This document shows, in pieces, positions 52,201 to 63,829 of a stretch of DNA of 64,000 nucleotides. The DNA is taken from positions 10,292,001-10,356,000 of the forward strand of contig CATNEN010000003.1 in NCBI GenBank assembly GCA_950097015.1. Reading direction: 5' to 3'. Within the stretch, counting starts at the first letter, position 1. Each line of letters starts with the position of its first letter. A program made the position numbers and the translations under genes. Under the pieces are notes generated by a model that saw nothing but the letters and a program-made list of their open reading frames with translations, was not told where the DNA came from and did no database searches. The stretch comes from Macrostomum hystrix. Its lineage: Eukaryota; Animalia; Platyhelminthes.

Positions 52201-52379
52201 ATTTTTCTTTTGTCATTGAATTGAATTTTGAGTTTGTTATCTCATAACGTCATAATGATATATATTTGTATGATAAATATTTTGCCTAATAATCATTTAA
52301 TTGTTGTTCTTCTCAATTTTCTACAAAAGAAGCTAATATAAAAATTAACTGGGCATCATCATCAATAAGGAGTCCTCAT

Positions 52380-54530
52380 CAAATGGGGGATCATTGTCAA
52401 CTGGGCGATCATTGTCAACTGGTTGATCATTGTCAACTGGGGCTTCATTGTCAACTGGGGGAAAATTGTCAACTGGGGGATCATTGTCAACTGGGGGATC
52501 ATTGTCAACTGGGGGATCATTGTCAACTGGGGGATCATTGTGAACTGGGGGATCATTGTCAACTGGGGATCATTGTCAACTGGGGGAACATTGTCAACTG
52601 GGGGATCATTGTCAACTGGGGGATCATTGTCAACTGGGTGATCATTGTCAACTGGGGGATCATTGTCAACTGAGGGATCATTGTCAACTGGGGTATCATT
52701 ATCAACTGGGGGATCATTGTCAACTTGGGAATGATTGTCAAATGGGTGTTCATTGTCAACTGGGGGATCATTGTCAACTGTGGGATCATTGTCAACTGGG
52801 GGATCATTGTCAACAAGGGGATCATTGTGAACTGGGGGATCATTGTCAACTGGGGATCATTGTCAACTGGGGGAACATTGTCAACTGGGGGATCATTGTC
52901 AACTGGGGGATCATTGTCAACTGGGTGATCATTGTCAACTGGGGGATCATTGTCAACTGAGGGATCATTGTCAACTGGGGTATCATTATCAACTGGGGGA
53001 TCATTGTCAACTTGGGAATGATTGTCAAATGGGTGTTCATTGTCAACTGGGGGATCATTGTCAACTGGGGGATCATTGTCAACTGGGGGATCATTGTCAA
53101 CTGGGGTATCATTATCAACTGGGGGATCATTGTCAACTTGGGAATGATTGTCAACTGGGGGATCATTGTCAACTGGGGGGATCATTGTCAACTGGGGGAT
53201 CATTGTCAACTGGGTGATCATTGTCAACTTGGGGATCATTGTCATCTGAGGGATCATTGTCAACTGGGGTATCATTATCAACTGGGGATCATTGTCAACT
53301 GGGGGATCATTGTCAACTGGGGGATCATTGTCAACTGGGGGATCATTGTCAACTGGGTGATCATTGTCAACTGGGGGATCATTGTCAACTGGGGGATCAT
53401 TGTCAACTGTGGGATCATTGTCAACTGGGGGATCATTGTCAACAAGGGGATCATTGTGAACTGGGGGATCATTGTCAACTGGGGATCATTGTCAACTGGG
53501 GGAACATTGTCAACTGGGGGATCATTGTCAACTGGGGGATCATTGTCAACTGGGTGATCATTGTCAACTGGGGGATCATTGTCAACTGAGGGATCATTGT
53601 CAACTGGGGTATCATTATCAACTGGGGGATCATTGTCAACTTGGGAATGATTGTCAAATGGGTGTTCATTGTCAACTGGGGGATCATTGTCAACTGGGAG
53701 ATCATTGTCAACTGGGGGATCATTGTCAACTGGGGGATCATTGTCAACTGGGGTATCATTATCAACTGGGGATTATTTTCAACTTGGGAATGATTGTCAA
53801 CTGGGGGATCATTGTCAACTGGGGGGATCATTGTCAACTGGGGGATCATTGTCAACTGGGTGATCATTGTCAACTTGGGGATCATTGTCATCTGAGGGAT
53901 CATTGTCAACTGGGGTATCATTATCAACTGGGGATCATTGTCAACTGGGGGATCATTGTCAACTGGGGGATCATTGTCAACTGGGGGATCATTGTCAACT
54001 GGGTGATCATTGTCAACTGGGGGATCATTGTCAACTGGGGGATCATGGTCAACTTGGGGATCATTGTCAACTGTGAGATCATTGTCAACTGGGTGATCAT
54101 TGTCAACTGGGGAATCATTGTCAACTGGGGGATCATTGTAAACTGGGGGATCATTGTCAACTGTGAGATCATTGTCAACTGGGGGATCATTGTCAACTGG
54201 GGGATCATTGTCAACTGGGGGATCATTGTCAACTGGGGGATCATCATCAACTGGGGGATCATTGTCAACTGTGGGATCATTGTCATCTGGGGGATCATTG
54301 TCAACAAGGGGATCATTGTCAACTGGGGATCATTGTCAACTGGGGGTTCATTGTCAACTGGGGGATCATTGTCAACTGGGGGATCATCATCAACTGGGGG
54401 ATCATTGTCAACTGGGGATCATTGTCAACTGGGGGTTCATTGTCAACTGGGGGATCATTGTCAACTGGGGGATCATCATCAACTGGGGGATCATTGTCAA
54501 CTGGGGGATCATTGTCAACTGGGGGTTTAT
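52380..54530. repeat. 18-bp minisatellite inside the Helitron
   Basis: GGGGGATCATTGTCAACT units with higher-order blocks. Confidence 0.95.
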
Positions 54531-55636
54531 TTTAGCTTTAAAAAGCTGTAAATTCAGCTGCTAAACAGTATATACAAGACGAATTAAAAATATTTCTGCT
54601 CCCCGAAGGGGGGCAAAACATGCTAGTAGGACACTAATATTGCATGCAATGGGCAGCACTAACTAAAGGGAGTGGATGTGATGCATCACCCGTTGACAAC
54701 TACCTGTATTTTTGCATGCAGTATTGCATTTCTAATTTTAAATTTTAGAAAAAAAATTATCAGAATTGTATTTCAAATTTATTTGAAAGACAATGCAATG
54801 CATTGCATGCTGACAACTGCCTGCCTGTTTGCATGCAAGTATTGAATTTATTATTAGAATGGGCTCTTGGCAAAATGACATTTTGAAAGTTAAGGCAGGT
54901 TTAGGAATGTTTATTGTCACTTAGAGTTATTTGAGTACCTGTTTTCTCACAGAATTGGTCAGAAGTTGTTTGTTTAATCAGAAGGAGCAAAAAATTGTAG
55001 TCATTGTTCCGGATTTATAATTTAGGAGATACAGAAAACTGAAAAGTGTGGATATTTAAAATACCCCGTTCGTCTATTATACTGTTAATATTATATGTTA
55101 GTTGCGCTATGCATATAATTATATTGAAAAATACCTTTTTATCCTACTATGAAAGTTCGACTACAGTATTCAACTGATTATCCAGTCAATTTTCTTCTGC
55201 CAACGAGAGTGGCTCCCGAGACAGTTCTAAATTGACTTGCATGTAGAAGCTTTGTTCTTGCAGCATTTTGCATAGTTTGGTCAGAATGGAACATTCTTTG
55301 TTTGGTGTTTTGCAGCGCCATAAGGCATCGCCTAGTTGTTATTATCTCTAACGAGAAATATATTGAGTAAATCATACTAGAGACAGGATCCCATTTATGC
55401 TTCGGGTCTAAGCGAAGTACAGGTTGGCACACAATAGCCAGAGGTGGCTATAGCTCAAACTTAGCTAAAAAAATTCTGATTGGCTTTTCAGTAAGCCTAC
55501 CAGCATCATGTGGGGAGAAGGATTAGGAAGTCAGCCTACACACAATAGTTTTTAAACCGGTTTGCCACTTGTTTGCTTGCAAATATTTGAAGCGCTACAA
55601 ACTGACAGATTGTGTCCCGCAATATCATATGTTATT

Positions 55637-56371
55637 ATGATGGCCAGCAAGTTTGCACTACGGCTGCTGATTGTGGCGCTGTGGATGTATTCAGCCTCTG
55701 CAGGCGCTGTCTACAATTCTGTCATCGGACTGCTCTGTATTAGAGGCGAGTTTGTTAGAAATTTTTCGCATGTGAGGTCGGAAATCGAATGCTCAATGAT
55801 GTGCCACCGGGAGCTGCGCTGCCAGGCCTTCACCATGGCTGACGGTCCGTGTCAGCTGTTCGTGTTCGACAAGTGCAGCAAGTCGGTGAGGGACTGCAGC
55901 TGCTCCAGGAGAGGCCAGGTGTTTGTGAAGCAGCAGCCGGGACTCGAGGCTGGCCAGCTGTGTCCGACTGGCTACGAAGGTGACCTATGCGGAGTGAAGT
56001 ACAAGGTGCTGCCCATCGGAAACTGGTCAGTTCAGAGGCAGAAGTGCGAGTCCGAGAGCGGTCTTGTGATCTTCGCAGACGTGACGAGCAGCAGTGAGAT
56101 GTCTCAGGTCGGACTCATTTACAACACGACTGCGGGAGGAGTCTCGCTGTGGGTTGGCGGCTTCCAGCTTCCGGGCAGTGCGGAGCCGTCAGGCGGCTGG
56201 CATTGGGTCTCCTGCAACGGCACCATCGACAGCAGCCTGTGGCTTTCCACGGAACCGGACAACGGAAGTGGTATTGAAAATGTCGTACTTACTCGCGAAT
56301 CCCTGGCAGACGGTCGGCAGACGGACTCAAGCAGGGGCGGCCTGTGCGAGTGCCTGTCACCGTTCAACTGA
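55637..56371 (+). CDS. Intronless secreted PAN/Apple plus C-type lectin domain protein nested in CCDC112 intron 1
   Basis: Signal peptide MMASKFALRLLIVALWMYSASA; CxxxC...C.AF...C.L (PAN/Apple); CPTGY...W..QRQKC...LWVGG...GWHW...W.STEPDN...LCE (CTLD); 244 aa. Confidence 0.88.
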   Translation: MMASKFALRLLIVALWMYSASAGAVYNSVIGLLCIRGEFVRNFSHVRSEIECSMMCHRELRCQAFTMADGPCQLFVFDKCSKSVRDCSCSRRGQVFVKQQPGLEAGQLCPTGYEGDLCGVKYKVLPIGNWSVQRQKCESESGLVIFADVTSSSEMSQVGLIYNTTAGGVSLWVGGFQLPGSAEPSGGWHWVSCNGTIDSSLWLSTEPDNGSGIENVVLTRESLADGRQTDSSRGGLCECLSPFN

Positions 56372-57146
56372 CTCACAAACAGTTAAACGATGCTGCGTAA
56401 TAGTGAGAGCTGAACCGATGACTATAAAAACTACAAAAATAACGAATAATTTGTAAATCAATCAGATAGTTTATAAAAATAAGAAGAGGCTAAATTGTTT
56501 TCTAATTAGGCTCTAAATTCGAAAATCATTTCTGTTAAGATTTTTATAGATGTCATTTTTTTTCAAAAAAAAATTAGTGGCTAAATTTACAATTCCGTTA
56601 TAACGTACAGAAAAAAAAGTTTGTTTTTATCCTATGAAAGTGCAAGTCAACAAAAGCAGTGCGTAAATGACGTATTTATAACTCAGTTTGAGCAGACAAA
56701 AAGTAACAAACTACGACTTTTTACTTCACTCTGCTAGACGTAGAGAATGATTTCGAGTCGGCATTCGGTAATTTTTTGAGATTATGTCAATTTTGAAGAA
56801 CCTTGAAAAAAGAAGATAATTGAGATCTGTGGCGATTCAAATAGCTCCACGATGAATTTCTGTATTTCAGAATCAATGAGACTTTGGTTCAAGGCAAGTA
56901 GTGATTTTTACACACTCCAAATGTCTATGGCCAAAGTTATCGGCAGTTAAGCTGAAGTAGCGATCCGTAGACATTCAAGGCGTGCAACAGCCGGTCTTCT
57001 TTGGTAGTTCTTTTAAAACTTTCAACCACTGCGACTATGCCTTTGTTTGCTTGCAGAAAAAGACATGACGCGCTGTCAGATTTTAGCGAATATTCGTAAA
57101 CATAATTTTTGTTTTTTAAAATACTCATCACAGTCGTCGGCAAAAA

Positions 57147-57790
57147 AGGCTGATGGCAGGAGGAACTGTGCCTGAACTGAAGGCTGATGGCAGGAGGAAC
57201 TGTGCCTGAACTGAAGGCTGATGGCAGGAGGAACTGTGCCTGAACTGAAGGCTGATGGCAGGAGGAACTGTGCCTGAACTGAAGGCTGATGGCAGGAGGA
57301 ACTGTGCCTGAACTGAAGGCTGATGGCAGGAGGAACTGTGCCTGAACTGAAGGCTGATGGCAGGAGGAACTGTGCCTGAACTGAAGGCTGATGGCAGGAG
57401 GAACTGTGCCTGAACTGAAGGCTGATGGCAGGAGGAACTGTGCCTGAACTGAAGGCTGATGGCAGGAGGAACTGTGCCTGAACTGAAGGCTGATGGCAGG
57501 AGGAACTGTGCCTGAACTGAAGGCTGATGGCAGGAGGAACTGTGCCTGAACTGAATGCTGATGGCAGGAGGAACTGTGCCTGAACTGAAGGCTGATGGCA
57601 GGAGGAACTGTGCCTGAACTGAAGGCTGATGGCAGGAGGAACTGTGCCTGAACTGAAGGCTGATGGCAGGAGGAACTGTGCCTGAACTGAAGGCTGATGG
57701 CAGGAGGAACTGTGCCTGAACTGAAGGCTGATGGCAGGAGGAACTGTACCTGAACTGAAGGCTGATGGCAGAAGGAACTGTGCCTGAAAT
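57147..57790. repeat. 34-bp minisatellite, paralog of the 48432 array
   Basis: GGCAGGAGGAACTGTGCCTGAACTGAAGGCTGAT units. Confidence 0.95.
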
Positions 57791-57825
57791 AAAGTCTGTT
57801 TACAGAAAGAACTGTGCCTGAACTT

Positions 57826-58000
57826 TTCTGGGATTGTAGTCTAGTGGTTAAAAGCGTCGGACTCAAGACTTAAAGTTTCGGGGTTCGATGGCCAAGTCCT
57901 GGAGAAATTTGTGTCCTTTATAGCAAGTCACTTAACTGTGCATCGGCTGTGCTGTCGGCTACAAATCTGACTCAATCGGGGAAGGTGCAGTCAACTATCG
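57826..58000 (+). mobile_element. SINE family A, internally deleted paralog of the 48965 copy
   Basis: Same head and tail and the same flanks as the 48965 copy. Confidence 0.8.
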
Positions 58001-58354
58001 TCAAGAAATAAAATTTCTAAGATTGCATGAGTACCGTAAGACACTAAAATTGCATGCAATGGGCAGCACTAATTAAATAGAGTGGATGCGTTGCATCAAC
58101 CGTTGACAAATACCTGTATTTTTGCATGCAGTATCAAACTTCTAATATTTTTTTAGAAATTCATCATATAAGTTTTATTTCAAATTTATTTAAAATGCGA
58201 TGCATTGCGTATTGACAACTGCCTGCCTGTTTGCATGCACAGCATGCATGCATTGTCCTATACGCTGCTACCATAACTCTGCGATGCTTTTAGCAGCCTC
58301 TAACTTAGTATATTAGGGGGTCGGTGGCAGAGCGGTCATCGCGTTTGCCTCTTG

Positions 58355-58465
58355 CCCCTGGCAGACGGTCGGCAGGCGGACTCAAGCAGGGGCGGCCTGT
58401 GCGAGAGCCTGTCACCGTTCAACAGACTCACAAACGGTTAAACGGTGCTGAGTAATAGTGAGAAT
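58355..58465 (+). pseudogene. Duplicated 3' fragment of the nested lectin gene
   Basis: Near-identical to about 56301-56408 (CCCTGGCAGACGGTCGGCAG...), with C>S and the stop lost; fused 5' to a SINE head. Confidence 0.85.
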
Positions 58466-59610
58466 TCAACTAAAAACTAACAACTACTAAAAGCCCACTA
58501 GAAACTAAGCTTACGTAACATTTTTCAAGTTTGTGCAGTGAATCACATAGAAATCAGCAGTAGTAGCAACGAACAATTAATAACAAGAAAGAAAAACTGC
58601 TATAGTGATTTTTGTTCAAACTCTGAATGCGAAAATCTGATATGAAATTCTGAATGCCGTTAAAATTTTTACGGCTGTAAATGTTTGTTAATTTGTTCCC
58701 AAATGTTATTGCTGTTATAACTTAATGAGAACATTAAATTATATATTTATTTTCATTTAAAAGTGCAAATTTATTTAACCAGTGAGTATCAAATGAATTA
58801 TATTACTCAGTTAAAGCCAAAAATACAAGATATGACTTTTTACGTTACTGTGGCAGACATTGATAAAGACTTCAATCTGTTGATGGTGTCTAAAGACGAT
58901 TAAAAACTTGATTTAGTGATTTCAAGTCATCATTCGGTGATTGCCCAGATTTAGTCAATTTGAAGAACCTAGGAAGAAAGTGAATTAATACCTGTGGCGA
59001 GTCAAATACCTGTGGCTTTACTTTCTGTATCTGACTCCAGCTATTTCAGAACCAAAGGGACTTTTGTTCCAGGCAAATAATGGCTGCAATGTATGATTTT
59101 TGCATGCTCCAAATGTCTATGGTCAAAGTTATTGGCGGCTAAACAAAACAGAGATAGCAATCAGTGGCCATAGACAATTAAGGCGTACAACTACCAGCCT
59201 GCATTGTTATCCACATTCACTGTTATCAACGCGCACGTGGGTTGCTTAATAATGTCACAACGCTATGAAATCTTGCTCTGTGCCATAGAACATATTTTTT
59301 ACGCCTTGGAAGAAAGACCACAGCCAATCTAAAGCTCGGTGGCCCAGTTTGTCTTACTTAGAAGGAAGCGTAAACTAAAATCCATAGACTAAAGTGCATA
59401 GCAACATTCCTTCTGCACAAAAATGGTAACAACTGCGGCTGTTCTTTTGGCTGCAAATCTGGTCCGATTTGGTCAGGTGTAATCAATGATTATTCATTGC
59501 TATTCTTGACTGATGGTTGCTTGCAGAGGCAAATATGCAAGACACGCTGTGAGATTTTAGCGAATATTCTAAAAAGCTAATTTTCCGTTTTAAAAAAATA
59601 CTCATTGCAG

Positions 59611-59891
59611 TCGTCGGCCAAGAAAATTCGTTCTTCGGTGGAGGCTTTCAAGACGGACTTCACTGAGCCGGCCACCACGGCAGCTTCGACAGTCGAGCCC
59701 AGCTTAGATTTCATTTCCCGAGCAAAGTCCGCAGTTGAGACTATTGAACGACTGGTGCTGGAACTAAAGGAGAATCAGAGAGCTAGATTCGACGAGCTAA
59801 CAAGCGAAGAGAAAATTTTAAGCCAAGAGGTGACCGCGTTGGATAAGCGAATCGACGCTTGGAAACTGGAGGAGTCTACCTATTCCGCTAG
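59611..59891 (+). CDS. CCDC112: CCDC112, exon 2
   Basis: ttgcAG; KENQRARFDELTSEEKILSQEVTALDKRIDAW, similar to CCDC112 KEEQR..YEEL..EEK...IDTW; AG|GTTAGA donor. Confidence 0.9.
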
Positions 59892-59925
59892 GTTAGAATA
59901 TTATATATTTCTTTTTCTGGGTATT

Positions 59926-60258
59926 GCGGCGTCAGTGGCAAGGCGTTTAACGCGTTTGCCTCCCGCGCCAAGGTCCTGAGCTCGATTCCGCGGCGAGGCC
60001 ACATTTAGTTTTGGGGCGCAGCCGCGGAGAGAAGGCTTGGGGGCTTGTCGTGCTCCAGATGGCCAACCTCCAAGACACAGTGAAAGTGTACACTGCCTGA
60101 AGATGAGAAAGTCAGGGCAGATGTACACACCTGTGCGTGTGTGTGCTCAGGAGTCAGCGAAACGGGCAGAATTGCCTCCTCGCTGGCTTCGGGTCTAGTG
60201 TCACCAAATGATGTGCCATTTCCCACAGCCCAGCTGCAATTAGTAATATTACTATTAT
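59926..60258 (+). mobile_element. tRNA-derived SINE family B
   Basis: As the 26275 copy; a head-only copy is at 58316-58354. Confidence 0.8.
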
Positions 60259-60819
60259 TTCTGTGTATTTGTGTGATTTTCTATGCAATATTAAACGCTG
60301 TAAATGTAAAAGTACACTTAGAAAGTATATTTTCAGATCAAAATGTGTCGTCTTACAAAAGTACATTTATGCTGTTTTGTAGTATCGGTAAGGTAAAGTA
60401 CATTATTGTTTTAATATTGAGTCACTAGATCATTTCCGTTCGACTATTGGGTCATTGGATCATTGTCATCAGATTACTGGGTCATTAGATAAGTACCATT
60501 AGATTATTGGGTCATTAGATAAGTACCATTAGATTTATGGGTCATTAGACTATTGAGTCTTGAGAAAATTATCTCTAGATTACTTAAGTTTTATGTCATC
60601 AGATCATTGTCATTTGATTTTTGGGTGAAGTGATTCGATATCTATATTACACTTTGATTTTTATTGTAACAGTTACCTATCCAGAGGTGAGGAAGCTCTC
60701 CCACCAAGATTCCTGAACTCGAACCCGTGGCGACAGCAGTTCTGCAAATTTTATGTGCCAGTGTACACAGAACTTCGACAATATATCCAAGTCACATCTG
60801 CTTCTGTTACTTTCCACAG

Positions 60820-61008
60820 TTTCGTCCACAAGATTCATCACGAATAGACCGCACCAATCGGTATAATCTCATTGTATGCTCACCCGGTTGAGCACATCTT
60901 ATCTAATCTCCTGCCGCCCTGTGTTGGGCCGCTAATCATGGGCTCGCATCTTGGTACTATCTGGCTATGGTTCTGCTTGGCTCTTGTCTCCACTTCCATA
61001 GCCCAATC
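60820..61008 (+). pseudogene. FAXDC2: Captured FAXDC2-like (fatty acid hydroxylase/sterol desaturase family) exon fragment with premature stop
   Basis: tttccacAG then FVHKIHHE*TAPIGIISLYAHPVEHILSNLLPPCVGPLIMGSHL, similar to FAXDC2 HKKHHEWTAPIGVISLYAHPIEH; W>TAG at 60845. Confidence 0.85.
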
Positions 61009-61048
61009 GCCAAGTAAAGTACATTCCACCCATTCTCCCATATCGCAG

Positions 61049-61304
61049 GCCACTAGCGGGACCTGGCTCTGCTGCAACGGCGACTGCGGCAACTCGCACC
61101 GACATTGCCGACGCTCTCCCGCCGGAGGTGGCCGAATTCGAGCGCTACCTGGCCCAGACCGGTGGCCACACCGGCGGCTGGGAGGACGTCGATCATCGGG
61201 CATTTCTGAGGGCCAGACAGCGGCTAGAAGGTGGCTCGGCTAGAAGTGCCGGCGGTTTAGTTGAAGGAGCTCTAGTTGGTCTGCCTACTAAAACGGCACA
61301 GCAG
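61049..61304 (+). CDS. CCDC112: CCDC112, exon 3
   Basis: cgcAG acceptor, phase 2; LPPEVAEFERYLAQTGGHTGGWEDVDHRAFL, similar to LPEEVVDFEKFLQQTGGRQGAWDDYDH; CAG|GTGAGG donor. Confidence 0.92.
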
Positions 61305-61389
61305 GTGAGGTGTCTGTTTAGATTTTTCGCATAAGATCTTCCTATGCTCACGATTAGGATCTTGAATTCCCCAACTAATCGAGCATTAT

Positions 61390-61990
61390 TCTTAAATCCC
61401 AAAGAAGCCAAAGATGCTAAAAGCTATGCTCAAATCCTAAGTACGCTAAAAAACTATGCTGAGACCCCAAATATGCTAAAAACTATGCTCTGATCCGAAA
61501 TATGCTAAAACACTATGCTTAGATCCCAAAGATGATAAAAAAACTATGCTCATATCCCAAATATGCTTGAAACTATGCTCAGATCCCACAGATGCTCACG
61601 AATTATGCTCAGATCCCAAATATGCTCAAAAACTATGCTCAAATCCCAAAGTTGCTAAAAACTATGCTCAAGTCCCAAAGTTGCTAAAAACTATGCTCGG
61701 ATCGCAAAGATGCTAAAAACTAAGCTCAGATCCCAAATGTGCTCAGAAACAATGCTCAGATCCCAAATATGCTAAAAAACTATGCTCAGATCCCAAATAT
61801 GATAAAAAACCTATGCTCAAATCCCAAATATGCTTAAAAAACCTATGCTCAAATCCCAAATATGCTTAAAACTGCTCAGATCCCAAATATGCTCAAAAAC
61901 TATGCTCAGATCCCAAATATGCCAAAACTATGCTCAAACCCAAATATGCTTAAAAAACCTATGCTCAGATCCCAAATATGCTCAAAAACC
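61390..61990. repeat. About 29-bp minisatellite in CCDC112 intron 3
   Basis: AAACTATGCTCAGATCCCAAATATGCTAA-like units. Confidence 0.88.
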
Positions 61991-62023
61991 ATTCTCGAAT
62001 CTCTAACGTTTTCGTATCCGCAG

Positions 62024-62365
62024 GTTCGCGAGCACGAGCTCTGGTACGTCGAATACAATCGTCTTCTACGCCAGAAGAAGGCCGCCATTGCCAAATGGCG
62101 TGAGCAGAAAGCTGCCGCCGCTGCTGCCGAAGCCGCCGCCGCCGCCGAGCAGGCAGACGCGCCAGTTGACAGCGACGAAGAGGCCGAGCGTCAGCGCGTT
62201 GAAAAACTGCGCCAACGCGCCGAAGCGGAACGTCGCGAGCGGGCCTCCAATTTAGGCGCCTGGCGGGCCGAGAAATCTGCTAGAGAGATGCGCGAAGCGA
62301 AGGAAAAACTAAAAAAAGAGGCTGCCGCTGCGGAGCGCAAAGCTGAAGCTGAACGACAGAAACAG
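62024..62365 (+). CDS. CCDC112: CCDC112, exon 4
   Basis: ccgcAG; VREHELWY...KKAAIAKW; CAG|GTAAAG donor. Confidence 0.9.
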
Positions 62366-63348
62366 GTAAAGAGATTCGTCTTCTTAGAAAATCTACGCTA
62401 AGTAACTTTATCTAACGTAAAACTTTGTCAGAGTAAGATTCTGAGTAACGTTTGATTCGTTTAAGTAACGTTTGAATGATACGCTCGTATTAGTAACGTT
62501 TGAGTTGTTAATGTTTAAGAAACATAAATTGATGGGTCAGTTTAAGTCGTTAAAGTAGTGAAAAAATATAGTTCGTTCGGTAAAGTTCTATTTGTCTCAT
62601 TAGAGTAACGTTTGACTGATAAAAGTAACGTTCAAGTAACGTCTGAGTCGCTGGAGTAACGCTTTAATCGTTAAAGTATATTTTGTCTTGTTTTAATTGT
62701 TATAGTAAAGTCTCCGTCGTTAGATTATCTTTTAAGTCATTTATTATTACATTAGAATCGTAAAAGTAATGTCTAAGTCGCTAAAGTAACGTTATAATCT
62801 TTAAAGTAACGTCTCTTTCTCTCGTAAGAGTAAAATTTGAGTCGTGTAAACTTTTAAGTCAGCAAAGGAACGATTTCGTCGGTAAATTAGCGAATAATTT
62901 TAGTAACGGTTCAGTCGTTAGAATAACCATTGTCTCTTAAGAGTAACGTCTGAGTAACGTTTGTCTCGTAAGAGGGATATTTGATTCGTTGAAGACTTTT
63001 AAGTTTGAATGTCTTAAGTTGCCTGACAGTAACTTTCGAGGAGTTAAAAAACATTGAGTTTGTTAAAAAGTTCTTTAATTAGTTTGATAACGTTTGTCTC
63101 GTGAAAGTAACGTTTAAGTCAGTAAAGTAACGTTTTAGTTATTTTAGTAACGCTTAAGTCGTTAGCGCTCGAAGTCGTTAAAGTAACATTGAATCGTTAA
63201 CTAAACGTTTGTAGTCATTGTCATCAGCAAAAGCAAATCTAGCTTGACAGCACCCTTATTCCAATCTACAAAATGTATGCAGGTCTTGCTATTCTTACTT
63301 AAAGTACATGACTTCGTAGATACTAAAACCGAGCCAATGCAAACCTAG

Positions 63349-63777
63349 GCCGAGCTGCGTCGTCAGGCTGACGAATTTCGCGCCCGCCGAGAGGCCGAAC
63401 GCGCCGAAGCTGCCGAAGAGGAATCTCGCCGCGCTGCCGAGGAGCGCGCCCGTCGGCGCTTGCAAATCGAAGCCGACTCTGGCCGGCTGCGCGAGCGCAA
63501 TCGTCAGATTGTTGACGAACGCCTGGCACGGCGGCAACAGCTGGCCGAACAGGAGGATGAGAAACAGCGTCGGCTGGCTTCGTTGAAGGCGGGCGTTGAG
63601 GTTCGGGCTATTCGCGATCCGGACCGGCTGCTGCAGCCGACCGCCGTCTGTCGGGAGCGTATGGCCGCCGTTGCTGACGACAGGCAGTCGGCTGCCTCTA
63701 GCGGCGGTCGGCCACTGACGGGTGCGGCCTCTATGCCTCATCGAGCCGTGCCTTCCTGGCGTCGGGGACTTTCCTGA
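63349..63777 (+). CDS. CCDC112: CCDC112, last exon
   Basis: cctAG acceptor, phase 0; RDPDRLLQPT...HRAVPSWRRGL, similar to HRAIPTWRQG; ATTAAA at 63815; total about 514 aa. Confidence 0.92.
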   Translation, partial: AELRRQADEFRARREAERAEAAEEESRRAAEERARRRLQIEADSGRLRERNRQIVDERLARRQQLAEQEDEKQRRLASLKAGVEVRAIRDPDRLLQPTAVCRERMAAVADDRQSAASSGGRPLTGAASMPHRAVPSWRRGLS

Positions 63778-63829
63778 TCGCAAACTGGATGTCTCCGACA
63801 TTCTGGGATACTCAATTAAAATCTATCAA

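Larger units (their letters stand above)
49289..54626 (+). mobile_element. Non-autonomous Helitron carrying two minisatellite arrays
   Basis: 5' TC; AACGGCTCAACCGATTTT motif near the 5' end; GCTCCCC-GAA-GGGGGGC hairpin 8 nt before terminal CTAG; no TSD; empty site in the paralogous segment at 58036/58037. Confidence 0.8.

Noticed and set aside
52362-54564. LGDHCQ/NWGIIV hexapeptide beta-helix-like ORFs
   Set aside because: 18-bp minisatellite inside a Helitron, with frequent frameshifts.
60170-60245. HDV-like ribozyme (GCC TCCTCGCT GGC equals the HDV P3/L3 sequence)
   Set aside because: No GG for P1.1, no C-x-AA J4/2 with a P2 partner, and the putative P1 does not covary in the 26275 copy; a simple hairpin explains the sequence. 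An Infernal or RNArobo search would settle it.
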